Assembly (NCBI GenBank): GCA_964444425.1
Contig: CAYUHK010000004.1
Location: forward strand, 12,837-76,836
Direction of reading: 5' to 3'
Length of the DNA stretch: 64,000 nt
From: an uncultured Verrucomicrobiota bacterium
Lineage (GTDB): Bacteria; Verrucomicrobiota; Kiritimatiellia; JAAZAB01
This document shows positions 27,940-37,200 of this stretch, in pieces. The translations under genes and the position numbers were made by a program. The number at the start of each line of letters is the position of its first letter. Positions within the stretch are counted from its first letter, which is position 1. A model generated the notes under the pieces. That model saw only the letters and a list, made by a program, of their open reading frames with translations. It searched no databases and was not told the DNA's origin.

Positions 27940-28812
27940 TCAGGGTGTTTTTTTACCATAAACCGCCGCTTCCAAGGCTTGGCGCATAGCCGGCACAGGC
28001 GCCTGTATGCCAGTCCAGATGGTGAAGGAAAGGGCGCCTTGATGCAATAACATGCCTAAGCCATTAGCGGCGCGCGCGCCGCGCGCGCGGGCCATTCGCA
28101 TGAGCGGGGTTTCCGGAAACATGTAGATCAAATCATACAGCGCTTGCCCTGGTCGAAAAGTTTCTGGCGGCAACGGCGCGGCTTCTTCTGGATTCATGCC
28201 ACATGGCGTGGCCTGTACGATCAGGTCCGCAGCCTGCCCGGCTTGCGCCCAGGCGGTCGTTTCGGGCGCTAGCGGTTGGGCTACTAATGGATTGGGCAAG
28301 CTGGTTAGTTCCTGGGTTAATTTTTCTACGCTGAGCATATTTTTATCGGCTAACAGCAAGCGCCGCGCTCCAGCGCGGGCCGCGGCCAAGGCTACAGCGC
28401 GGCCAGCGCCGCCGCAGCCGAGGATGAAAAGCGTAGAGTTGGCTACGGATAACTGCAAATCCTCCTGAATGGCCCGCAGGAAACCTTCACCATCCGTGCT
28501 GAAGCCTTCCAACCCGTTGGATGTGAATTTAACGGTATTGACTGATCTAAGCTGGCGGGCCGATTCATCTAGATGGGCGATGCCCTGGAAGGCGACTTCC
28601 TTCAGCGGGATGGTTAGGTTGACGCCAATAAATCCCAGTTCGGCCAAGCTTGTTAAAGTTGCTAGCAGGCGCGCTGGCGCCACATCGAAGGCCAGATAGA
28701 GCGCTTCTTTTTTTAGGGCCTGGAAGGCCGCGTTATGCATGGCTGGGGAAAGCGAATGGCCGATAGGATGACCAAGCACGGCAAAAAGCTGGGTATGCGG
28801 AGATATATTCAT
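27940..28812 (-). CDS. aroE: shikimate dehydrogenase
   Basis: 290 aa with N-terminal substrate-binding motif (LFAVLGHPIGHSLSP) and GAGGAARA NADP-binding glycine motif. Confidence 0.8.
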   Translation of the reverse strand: MNISPHTQLFAVLGHPIGHSLSPAMHNAAFQALKKEALYLAFDVAPARLLATLTSLAELGFIGVNLTIPLKEVAFQGIAHLDESARQLRSVNTVKFTSNGLEGFSTDGEGFLRAIQEDLQLSVANSTLFILGCGGAGRAVALAAARAGARRLLLADKNMLSVEKLTQELTSLPNPLVAQPLAPETTAWAQAGQAADLIVQATPCGMNPEEAAPLPPETFRPGQALYDLIYMFPETPLMRMARARGARAANGLGMLLHQGALSFTIWTGIQAPVPAMRQALEAAVYGKKTP

Positions 28813-28868
28813 GCCTAGAGACCTATCGAGCTATCCGGCTAGCGCATCTGGCGCGTAATCTGGCCGGC

Positions 28869-30401
28869 CTATTTTTTTTGGCGCGCGTATAAAACCCGGT
28901 TAATACAGCTTAAATAGGCGGCTGCGCTGGCTTGAACGATATCGGTGCTGGCAGCTTTGCCGCCAACTACATCATCGTCAAAGGCTACGCGCAGACTGAC
29001 TTCGCCCAAGGCATCCTTGCCAACCGTTACGGCTTGGATATTGTAGTCCAGCAATTTCCCATGATTTCCGGTGATGCGATCTATGGTCTTTAAGGCCGCG
29101 TCCACGGGGCCATCGCCACAGGCGGCATCCTGGATTATCTCCGAGCCTTTTTGCAGACGCACAGTGGCGGTGGGCACGGTATTGGTGCCAGTGGCTACGT
29201 GTAGATAATCGAGCACATAAATGGCGGGCACATCCTCCATCTCATCTCGGGCAATGGCCACCAGATCATCATCATAGATGGTTTTTTTCTTGTCGGCCAG
29301 GTCAATGAAGCGGTTATAGGCGCGTTCCAATTCCTGGGGATTCAAGCGAAAACCCATTTTAGCCAGTCGATCTACAAAAGCATGGCGTCCGGAATGCTTG
29401 CCGAGCACCAGATCAGATCCTTCAATGCCGATGTCTTCGGCGCGCATTATTTCATAGGTGGAGCGTTCTTTTAGAATGCCGTCTTGATGGATGCCGGCTT
29501 CATGGGCAAAGGCGTTGGCGCCGACGATCGCCTTATTGCGCTGCACCACCATTCCAGTAAGGCGGCTGACTAAGCGGCTGGTTTTATAGAGCTCACGGGT
29601 ATTTATGGCAGTGGTGGCATTAAAGGCGTCGCCGCGCGTCCGCAGCGCCATGACCAGCTCTTCAAGGGCGCAATTGCCGGCGCGCTCGCCCAGTCCATTA
29701 ATGGTGCATTCGATGCCGCCGGCGCCGTTTTGCACGGCAGCGAGCGAGTTGGCTACCGCCAGGCCTAAATCGTTATGACAATGCACGTTAATCAACGCTT
29801 GTTGGATATTGGATACACGCTCGAACAGGAAGGCGATCAAGCGGCCAAATTCATCCGGCAAGGCATAGCCGACGGTATCGGGAATATCAACGGTTGCCGC
29901 GCCGGCGTCGATGACGGCCTGGGTTATTTCGGCAAGGAAATCGGCTTCGGTGCGGGTGGCATCTTCGGCGCTGAATTCTACATCGGCGCATAATTTGCGT
30001 GCATAAGCAACGGCGGAGGTCGCCTGTTTAAGGATGGCTAGTTTATCCTTTTTTAGTTTGAATTGCCGATGGATCGGCGAGGTGGCCAGAAAAACATGGA
30101 TCCGGCCGCGCTCTCCAGCTGGCGCCAGGGCCTCAGCGCAACGCTCAATATCCTTATTCAGGCAGCGCGCCAGGCCGGCGATGCGTGGGCCCTTGATTGT
30201 CTCGGCGACCGCTTGCACGGCCAAAAAATCATTGGGCGAGGCGATGGGAAAACCGGCTTCGATAACGTCAACATTCAAGCGCGCCAGCTGCTGAGCTATC
30301 TCCAATTTTTCGCGATGATTCAGGCTAGCGCCCGGGCATTGTTCGCCATCCCGCAGGGTGGTATCAAGAATCAATATTTTTTTATTAGCTTTGCTTTGCA
30401 T
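28869..30401 (-). CDS. leuA: 2-isopropylmalate synthase / citramalate synthase family (LeuA-type with C-terminal regulatory domain)
   Basis: 510 aa starting LILDTTLRDGEQ (DRE-TIM metallolyase), with HCHNDLGLAVANSLAAV motif and a C-terminal LeuA-dimer domain. Confidence 0.8.
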   Translation of the reverse strand: MQSKANKKILILDTTLRDGEQCPGASLNHREKLEIAQQLARLNVDVIEAGFPIASPNDFLAVQAVAETIKGPRIAGLARCLNKDIERCAEALAPAGERGRIHVFLATSPIHRQFKLKKDKLAILKQATSAVAYARKLCADVEFSAEDATRTEADFLAEITQAVIDAGAATVDIPDTVGYALPDEFGRLIAFLFERVSNIQQALINVHCHNDLGLAVANSLAAVQNGAGGIECTINGLGERAGNCALEELVMALRTRGDAFNATTAINTRELYKTSRLVSRLTGMVVQRNKAIVGANAFAHEAGIHQDGILKERSTYEIMRAEDIGIEGSDLVLGKHSGRHAFVDRLAKMGFRLNPQELERAYNRFIDLADKKKTIYDDDLVAIARDEMEDVPAIYVLDYLHVATGTNTVPTATVRLQKGSEIIQDAACGDGPVDAALKTIDRITGNHGKLLDYNIQAVTVGKDALGEVSLRVAFDDDVVGGKAASTDIVQASAAAYLSCINRVLYARQKK

Positions 30402-30610
30402 CGTAGGTCCTATCTGCGGTGGCCTAGTTGGCGCTTAGCCTTTAGGCCGGGCCATTTGATCCTCCGGGCGACCAAGATCTACGCTTGATCAGCTTTAGTC
30501 GGTCCGTTGCTGTCATCAATAAACTAGTCGGCTTAAAAAGCCAAGTTTTTTGGGCTAGCCCATGGAGCTTGGAGCCACGCCTGACAACAAGCCAAGCGGC
30601 TTTAAATCTA

Positions 30611-31090
30611 TTAATTCTCCAAGCCGGCCAAGGCAATAACTCCGGTTCGCGAAACTTCCATGATACCATTTGGCTTAAGCAACTCTAGGAAATTATCCAC
30701 TTCTTCGGTAGAGCCCACCAATTGCATGGTCAGCGACTGATTCTGGACGCAAATAATCTCGGCATGAAAAAGCGCGGCCAGCTCGATGAGCATCGAGCGG
30801 TTTTTAGCGCTCAGGTTGGTCTTCACCAATATTAATTCGCGGCCCATATATTTTTCTTTAGTAAGATCAAAGACCTTGATGACGTCCACTAATTTATTTA
30901 ACTGTTTGGTGACCTGCTCCAAAATGTGGTCGTCTCCCGGCACCACCATGGTAATGCGTGAAATGGTATTATCCTGAGTAGGCGCCACATTTAGGCTGTG
31001 AATATTATAGCCCCGCCCGGAGATCAGGCCGATAATCCGCGCCAGCACTCCTGGTCGGTTTTCCACCATTGCCGATATGATCCGTTTCAT
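30611..31090 (-). CDS. ilvN: acetolactate synthase small (regulatory) subunit
   Basis: 159 aa with ACT domain start (RIISAMVENRPGVLARIIGLISGRGYNI), typical IlvN/IlvH. Confidence 0.85.
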   Translation of the reverse strand: MKRIISAMVENRPGVLARIIGLISGRGYNIHSLNVAPTQDNTISRITMVVPGDDHILEQVTKQLNKLVDVIKVFDLTKEKYMGRELILVKTNLSAKNRSMLIELAALFHAEIICVQNQSLTMQLVGSTEEVDNFLELLKPNGIMEVSRTGVIALAGLEN

Positions 31091-31161
31091 AATATATTCC
31101 TTATCTTTATTCTATATCCCTCAAACATTTCGCGTTCAGTTCTGCGCCAGCGGCTGGCCAG

Positions 31162-32883
31162 CTAGGCCATACTTTGAATCATTTCGGTCAGCGTTGCACC
31201 AGAGGGCACCATCGGGTAGACATTGGCTTCCGGCTCCACCAGGCATTCGACCACGGCGGGGCATTCCGATTCAAAAGCCTGCTTCAACTTGGGCATCAGT
31301 TCAGCTTTTGATTGTACGCGCAGGCCCAGTGCGCCGTGAGCTTCCGCCAATTTCACGAAGTCTGGCAGGTATATATCGGCGGACTCAGGCGTGGATTGCT
31401 CTTTTTTATTCCGACAGCTGCGTCCAAGCTTAGTTGCCGAATATTGTTTATGATAGAAGAGCTCCTGCCATTGCCGCACCATACCTAGATAAGTATTGTT
31501 TAAGATCACCATCTTGACAGGGATCTGGTTTTCCACGGCCACCACCAGCTCCTGGAAATTCATTTGGGCGCCGCCATCGCCGGAAATGTTAACCACCAGC
31601 TGGTCGGGCCGGCCCATTTTAGCGCCGATCGCCGCCGGCAAGCCAAAGCCCATCGTGCCCAATCCTCCGGATGAGAGGAAAGTACGTGGTCGGGTATACT
31701 GATAATAATGTGCTGACCACATTTGATGCTGGCCCACGTCGGTTACGATTATGGCTTCGCCTTTGGTCAAGGCGTAGATTTGTTCAATGACGTATTGGGG
31801 CATTAAGCTTGAGTTGTTTTGCTCGTATGAGAAGGGATATTTCTCCTTCCATTCCGCTATCCGATTTAGCCAGAGCTGGCGCTCCTTGGCTTCCACCAAG
31901 GGGATAAGCTCCAGCAGCACTTGCTTGGCATCGCCTACCACAGGGATATCCACCGGCACGCTTTTGGAGATGGCCGTGGGATCGATATCGATATGGGCTA
32001 TTTGTGCGCGCGGGGCGAATTCGCTGATCTTGCCGGTGACCCGGTCATCAAAGCGGGCGCCGATAGAGACCAGTAAATCGCAATGTTGGGTTGCGTAATT
32101 TGCGCTCACGCTCCCATGCATGCCGAGCATGCGCAAGGCCAGCGGATCGGTTTCCGGAAAGCTGCCTAGGCCTTGCAAGGTGGTGGTCACCGGTATTTTT
32201 GCTTTGCGGGCCAACTGGATTACTTCGTTAGCGGCATTGCTGATGATCGCGCCGCCGCCCACGTATAATAGCGGTTCTTTGGCCTTGTTGATGGCATCAG
32301 CCAGCTTGATGATCTGCTTAGGGTGCCCCTCGCGGGTGGGGTTATATCCGCGGATGTTCACAGCGTTAGGGGTTGGCGCCTTGGTTTTGGCCTGTTGCAC
32401 ATCCTTGGGGATATCCACCAACACTGGACCAGGCCGGCCAGAGCCGGCGATATAAAAAGCCTCGGCAATGATTCGGGGCAAATCATCCACATTGCGCACC
32501 AGGTAATTATGTTTGGTTACCGGGCGAGTGATGCCAGTGATGTCGGCTTCCTGAAAAGCATCGTTGCCGATCATTAAGGAGGGCACTTGGCCGGTGATGC
32601 AGACCACTGGGCTGGAATCCATACAGGCGGTGGCCAGGCCGGTTACCGTATTGGTGGCGCCCGGGCCAGATGTGACTATGCAACAGCCCACTCGCCCGGT
32701 TGCCCGCGCATAGCCGTCGGCCATATGGGCGGCTCCCTGTTCATGGCGGCACAGTAAAAATTTAAATGGCGCATTGTATAACTTATCAAAAATATCCAAC
32801 ACGGCGCCGCCGGGCAGGCCGAAAATAGTTTCCACACCAGCCTTTTTAAGGCCATCCATCAAACATTCCACACCAGTTCTCAT
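31162..32883 (-). CDS. ilvB: acetolactate synthase large (catalytic) subunit
   Basis: 573 aa ThDP enzyme with GLPGGA motif, ThDP-binding GDGGAQMN...NN motif and strong AAGGAG-like RBS (AAGGAG, 7 nt upstream). Confidence 0.9.
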   Translation of the reverse strand: MRTGVECLMDGLKKAGVETIFGLPGGAVLDIFDKLYNAPFKFLLCRHEQGAAHMADGYARATGRVGCCIVTSGPGATNTVTGLATACMDSSPVVCITGQVPSLMIGNDAFQEADITGITRPVTKHNYLVRNVDDLPRIIAEAFYIAGSGRPGPVLVDIPKDVQQAKTKAPTPNAVNIRGYNPTREGHPKQIIKLADAINKAKEPLLYVGGGAIISNAANEVIQLARKAKIPVTTTLQGLGSFPETDPLALRMLGMHGSVSANYATQHCDLLVSIGARFDDRVTGKISEFAPRAQIAHIDIDPTAISKSVPVDIPVVGDAKQVLLELIPLVEAKERQLWLNRIAEWKEKYPFSYEQNNSSLMPQYVIEQIYALTKGEAIIVTDVGQHQMWSAHYYQYTRPRTFLSSGGLGTMGFGLPAAIGAKMGRPDQLVVNISGDGGAQMNFQELVVAVENQIPVKMVILNNTYLGMVRQWQELFYHKQYSATKLGRSCRNKKEQSTPESADIYLPDFVKLAEAHGALGLRVQSKAELMPKLKQAFESECPAVVECLVEPEANVYPMVPSGATLTEMIQSMA

Positions 32884-32938
32884 AACGATCTCCTTTGCTT
32901 GCTATGACTTTATCATTGGCATTATCGGCACCATTTAC

Positions 32939-32966
32939 AAAAAAACCCACCGTTTTTTACGGTGGG
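32939..32966 (-). terminator. intrinsic terminator of the ilv leader (attenuator)
   Basis: On the minus strand: CCCACCG-uaaaaaa-CGGUGGG hairpin (7-bp GC-rich stem) followed by UUUUUUU, 55 nt upstream of the ilvB start. Confidence 0.6.
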
Positions 32967-32998
32967 TTGTTATACCGGTTCAAAGAGAGGTTGCGGTT

Positions 32999-33109
32999 TT
33001 AGCCGCACTCCGGTCCCACCGCGCAGCGGACCACGAGCGCCAAGACCAACAATACAAGGCCCAGGACGTTTGCAAGACGCATTTGCGCGATGGAAGCCTG
33101 ATAATTCAT
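32999..33109 (-). CDS. ilv operon leader peptide (Val/Leu-rich), attenuation control
   Basis: 36-aa ORF MNYQASIAQMRLANVLGLVLLVLALVVRCAVGPECG. It has 14/36 branched-chain residues, including the run VLGLVLLVLALVV. It ends 33 nt before the terminator hairpin. Its codons 29-31 (GCGGUGGGA) duplicate the terminator 3' stem and can pair with the 5' stem as an antiterminator. Confidence 0.55.
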   Translation of the reverse strand: MNYQASIAQMRLANVLGLVLLVLALVVRCAVGPECG

Positions 33110-33317
33110 AAGTGCAGTTAATTTCTCACAACCGGCGGAACAATGTCAATTGCTTTTTTTATATTTTTACTGCTGGGCTTAGGCTGCCAGTCTAATCAAC
33201 TTGCCTTTTGGAGTGATCCTGTTATAAGCAGCTTATCGAGCGGGCTTATCGATTATTAACAGCTATAAAATCGATGTTCGTTGGCTGGCGCCAACGGATC
33301 AGCGCGGCATAGGTCTC

Positions 33318-33503
33318 TTGGCTGTCGGCCAGCCCATTTTGGAAATTAGCACTCATCACTATACGGCGGATGATTTTACACGTGCGCGGCACACGTTCGA
33401 ATTACAACGCCGCAATGGAACGATCCTTAACCTCGACTACCGTCGCGGGGGTCTTGGCAGCAACCGGCGCGGGCCCTTGCCCTTACCCCCCAATATCTGT
33501 TAA
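33318..33503 (+). pseudogene. remnant of the C-terminal end of a GH2 beta-galactosidase (truncated fragment)
   Basis: 61-codon ORF ...LEISTHHYTADDFTRARHTFELQRRNGTILNLDYRRGGLGSN resembles the extreme C-terminus of LacZ-type GH2 enzymes (..[43 protein letters not shown]). No upstream GH2 body is present. Confidence 0.3.
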
Positions 33504-33679
33504 TGCCAGGGGAGATATCTTTTTCCGTGCGTCAGAGGGCCTTCTCGTCGGCAACCGATACGCCCATGCAGCTAAGCCATTAGATGCCAGAGTTGGCTTA
33601 ACTATAAGCTTGATATAAAATACTTGTTTATAAAGCTCGGCTAAATTAGCATGATCTCTAAAATAAAAATGGAGTTAAC

Positions 33680-34741
33680 ATGGAAAACAAACTGATGCAA
33701 GCGGCCGTCATTAAAAGCCCCGGAGTCATTGCCATCGAGATGATTCCTAGGCCGGTGCCAGCGGCAGGCGAGGTCTTGTTGAAGATAGAGGCCTGTGCTT
33801 TGTGCGGCACAGATCAACGCGTTTTAAAGGGCGAGAAGCACGTGGATGTCGCCATCGTTGGCCATGAGATTAGCGGAACAGTTGTGGCCTTAGGCCAGGA
33901 GGTTCGGGGCGTTAGTCTGGGTCAACGCTATATTGTACAAACTGTGATTGGCTGTGGCGTCTGCCCGATGTGTCGAATTCAGCGCGAAAATCTTTGCGAA
34001 AAGGGATTCATCGCCATGGGCTATCAGTTCAACGGTGGATTTGCTGAATATATGATCATGCCCCGAGTGGCGGTGGAGCAAGGCTGTTTGATCCCCATTC
34101 CGAATGATCTGCCCGCCGAAATCGGCACTCTGATCGAGCCACTGAGCTGTTGTGTTAACGGTATGAAATACATACCTCTGGAGCAGACGGAACATGTTGT
34201 TATTTTCGGCGGCGGAATCATTGGGGTACTCAACGGTCTAGTGGCTCGCGCGCGCGGCGCAAAAACCATTACCATCATGGATGTGTCTCAAGCGCGCCTG
34301 GATTTGCTGCGCCGGCTTGATTTGCCGTTCGATAATCTAATCAATTCGGCTCAAGTAAGCCCGGCGGCCTGGGTTAAAGATGCTACGGCCGGCCGCGGCG
34401 TGGATGCGGTAGTGGTGGCCGTCTCGCTGAAAAAATTGGTAACCGAAGGCCTTGGGCTATTGCGCCGCGCTGGCCATCTTTCCATATTCGCGGGCATGCC
34501 GAAATCAGATGCCTTGGAATTAGTAGACTTGAATAAAATTCATTATTATGAGTTGAGCTTGCATGGTGCCAATAGCTCGGCGCAAGCCGAATATCTACAA
34601 GCTCGTGATTTCTTAGTTAGCGGCAAGATCAAAGGGGCCCCCTTGGTAACCCACCGCTTTTCTTTAGAGCGTTTTCATGAGGCGGTAAAAATACAGGCTG
34701 ATCCAGCCCAGGGATCTTTAAAGGTGATTATTATACCCTGA
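33680..34741 (+). CDS. zinc-dependent alcohol/polyol dehydrogenase (MDR family, sorbitol/threonine-DH-like)
   Basis: 353 aa with catalytic Zn ligands (CGTD, GHE) and structural Zn cysteine cluster (CGVCPMCRIQRENLC), plus Rossmann GGGIIG. Confidence 0.8.
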   Translation: MENKLMQAAVIKSPGVIAIEMIPRPVPAAGEVLLKIEACALCGTDQRVLKGEKHVDVAIVGHEISGTVVALGQEVRGVSLGQRYIVQTVIGCGVCPMCRIQRENLCEKGFIAMGYQFNGGFAEYMIMPRVAVEQGCLIPIPNDLPAEIGTLIEPLSCCVNGMKYIPLEQTEHVVIFGGGIIGVLNGLVARARGAKTITIMDVSQARLDLLRRLDLPFDNLINSAQVSPAAWVKDATAGRGVDAVVVAVSLKKLVTEGLGLLRRAGHLSIFAGMPKSDALELVDLNKIHYYELSLHGANSSAQAEYLQARDFLVSGKIKGAPLVTHRFSLERFHEAVKIQADPAQGSLKVIIIP

Positions 34742-34771
34742 GCAATCGGGGCGTAAAGGAGCGTAACAAGC

Positions 34772-35572
34772 ATGACTGCTGAGTGCATAAAGCTGAAGGG
34801 CAAGCGAGCAATCGTCACTGGCGCCGGCCAGGGCCTAGGAGCAGCTATCGCCGGGCGGCTCTTGAAGGAGGGCTGCAGGGTGATCATATCTGATATACAA
34901 GAATCGCAGATCGCCAGCGCGGGCGCTGGGCTTAAACAGTGCCAGGGAGGCGAGATCAGCGCGGCTGTCGCCGATGTAACAATCGAATCGGATGTTGAGG
35001 CTTTGGTGGCCCGTGCTCTGCAGCAGTGGGGTGGCCTGGACATTTTTGTGGCCAACGCGGGCATCTTGATTTCGGGAGCGCTTAGCGAGTTTGATGTTGC
35101 CAGCTGGCGCAAGGTCATCGAGGTTAATCTGGTGGGCCAAATGCTTTGTATGAAGCACGCCTTGCGAGTCATGGCGCGGCAGGGCAGCGGTTCCTTTATC
35201 CAAATTAACTCTAAATCTGGCAAAAGGGGTTCCTTTAGGAATTCAGCTTATGCGGCTTCCAAGTTCGGCGGCATCGGGCTGGTTCAGAGCGCGGCTCTTG
35301 AAATGGCTGATCAAGCAGTGCGGGTTAATGCCGTCTGTCCGGGAAATTTATTGGATTCGCCGCTCTGGACGAACAGTCTATTCAAACAATACGCGCAAAA
35401 CCAGGGTATTACTGAAGCAGCTGTGCGCCAGAAATATATCGATCAAGTTCCCATGAAGCGCGGATGTAGTTACGACGATGTTTGCAATGTGGTGGTATTT
35501 CTAGCTTCGGATCAAGCGGCCTATATGACTGGGCAGGCCATTAATGTGACCGGCGGGCAAGAGATGGGCTAG
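34772..35572 (+). CDS. short-chain dehydrogenase/reductase (SDR)
   Basis: 266 aa with TGAGQGLG cofactor motif, NAG and catalytic YAASK. Confidence 0.85.
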   Translation: MTAECIKLKGKRAIVTGAGQGLGAAIAGRLLKEGCRVIISDIQESQIASAGAGLKQCQGGEISAAVADVTIESDVEALVARALQQWGGLDIFVANAGILISGALSEFDVASWRKVIEVNLVGQMLCMKHALRVMARQGSGSFIQINSKSGKRGSFRNSAYAASKFGGIGLVQSAALEMADQAVRVNAVCPGNLLDSPLWTNSLFKQYAQNQGITEAAVRQKYIDQVPMKRGCSYDDVCNVVVFLASDQAAYMTGQAINVTGGQEMG

Positions 35573-35661
35573 GAGAGAGCTTTCGGTACGTTTAATTTTG
35601 GATTAGCTCCGTTTGATCTTGTTGCAAGGCTTTATGTACATGCAAAGTTCAATGACGTGCT

Positions 35662-37167
35662 ATGAATGCTAAGCGTTTTTTGGCTATAGATTTGGGGGCG
35701 TCGGGCGGGAAATGTTTTGCCGGCATTTTTGATTCCCGAGGATTTTCCATGCGGGAGATCCACCGTTTTGCGCACGAGAATGTTGCCTTATATATTCCCG
35801 ATCGCAGCGGCCTTGTTCAAGAGCGCATGGTTTGGGATGATACCTTGATTTATGCCAACATCCTGGCCGGATTGCATGCTTACCGCCGCGAGCTGGGCAA
35901 CCATTTGGACGCCATTGGCATTGACACCTGGGGTGCCGATGGCCATATCATCAGCGCCGATGGAGATATGCTGGGCAAGGTTTATGCCTATCGCGATCAT
36001 CGCTTGGATGAGATGATTGGGCAGGTTCAAGCACGCCTGGCGGCGGCGCGCATTTACGCAATCACCGGCATCCATTTCCAGCCGTTTAATCTCAGCAATC
36101 AGCTGTTGTGGTTCATGCAAAATCGGCGTTATTTATTACATCCGGGATGTCGGTATGTGCCAATTTCTGCGCTATTTTATTATTATTTGGGGGGGATCAT
36201 TAAGGTGGATTCCACCTGGGCTAGCATTACCCAATTGATGGATGCCCAGAACCAAACTTGGAGCCACGAGATTCTTGAGAAGCTTGAAATCCCTTTGGAA
36301 ATCATGCCAGAAATTACACCTCCCGGCACCATCATCGGCCAATTGCACCAGGCCCTTTCGCAAACAGTTGGCTTGAACAGTGCGCAGTTGGTTGCGGTGG
36401 GCGGCCATGATACCGCTAGCGCTTTTGCGGCGGCGCCGATCAGCGATCCCAGCGAAGCTCTAATAATAAGTTCTGGCACCTGGTCGCTGGTGGGGCGCTT
36501 GGTCCCGCAGCCCATTACCACGCCGGCAGCCATGGCATTGAATTTGAGCAATGAAGGCGGCATTGGCAACATCCGCCTTTTGAAAAACTGTATGGGCGGC
36601 TGGCTGGTACAGGAACTCCGCCGAGTCTGGCGCGAAGCGGACGGCCAAGAAATGGAATGGGCAGATATGTATCAAATGGCACAAAGGGCTCCCGCCTTTA
36701 GCGCGCTCATTGATCCAGACGACCCCAGTTTTTATAATCCGCCTAATATGGAAAAGGCGCTTGTGGAATATTGTCATAAAACGCACCAGCGCGCCCCCCG
36801 CGAGCGCGGCGGTCTGTTGCGCATGATCTATGAAAGCTTGGCGCTTAAATATCGCCTGATCAATGATGCTCTCGCCGGCGTCTCTGGGCAAACCAGCAAA
36901 ATAATTCATATCGTAGGCGGGGGATCACGCAATGAAATGTTAAACCAATTTACAGCCGATGCCTGCGGTCTGCCGGTGCTGACCGGACCGGTTGAAGCCA
37001 CGGCGATCGGCAACATTATGGTTCAAGCCATCGGCCTGGGATTGATAGATTCCTTGCTGGAGGCTATGCCCATAATCAAGGCGGCCTTCCCCATTCGACA
37101 ATATCAGCCGCGCGATCCGGCTGTCTGGAACAAGATTTACGAGCGGTTTAAAAAGATCACCAACTGA
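35662..37167 (+). CDS. FGGY-family carbohydrate kinase (rhamnulokinase-like)
   Basis: 501 aa with FGGY N-terminal LAIDLGASGGK and C-terminal GGGSRN motifs. Confidence 0.8.
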   Translation: MNAKRFLAIDLGASGGKCFAGIFDSRGFSMREIHRFAHENVALYIPDRSGLVQERMVWDDTLIYANILAGLHAYRRELGNHLDAIGIDTWGADGHIISADGDMLGKVYAYRDHRLDEMIGQVQARLAAARIYAITGIHFQPFNLSNQLLWFMQNRRYLLHPGCRYVPISALFYYYLGGIIKVDSTWASITQLMDAQNQTWSHEILEKLEIPLEIMPEITPPGTIIGQLHQALSQTVGLNSAQLVAVGGHDTASAFAAAPISDPSEALIISSGTWSLVGRLVPQPITTPAAMALNLSNEGGIGNIRLLKNCMGGWLVQELRRVWREADGQEMEWADMYQMAQRAPAFSALIDPDDPSFYNPPNMEKALVEYCHKTHQRAPRERGGLLRMIYESLALKYRLINDALAGVSGQTSKIIHIVGGGSRNEMLNQFTADACGLPVLTGPVEATAIGNIMVQAIGLGLIDSLLEAMPIIKAAFPIRQYQPRDPAVWNKIYERFKKITN

Positions 37168-37200
37168 GCCGCCGGCTTAGAGGCCCCGCCTAGAAGCATT

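Noticed and set aside
30402-30610. Possible second leader/attenuator between ilvN and leuA (ORF 30442..30669, hairpin near 30531-30560)
   Set aside because: The small ORF is not Leu-rich. The hairpin GGCTT-AAA-AAGCC has only a 5-bp stem and is oriented for the plus strand, opposite to the operon. It is more likely a simple intercistronic spacer with the leuA RBS (AGGA).
33110-33160. Putative sigma-70 promoter for the ilv leader (TTGACA at 33148-33143 on the minus strand)
   Set aside because: The -35 hexamer is good, but the best -10 at 17-nt spacing (AGAAAT) is poor. The predicted TSS would leave only ~4 nt before the leader ATG. It is not reported as a feature, and transcript mapping is needed.
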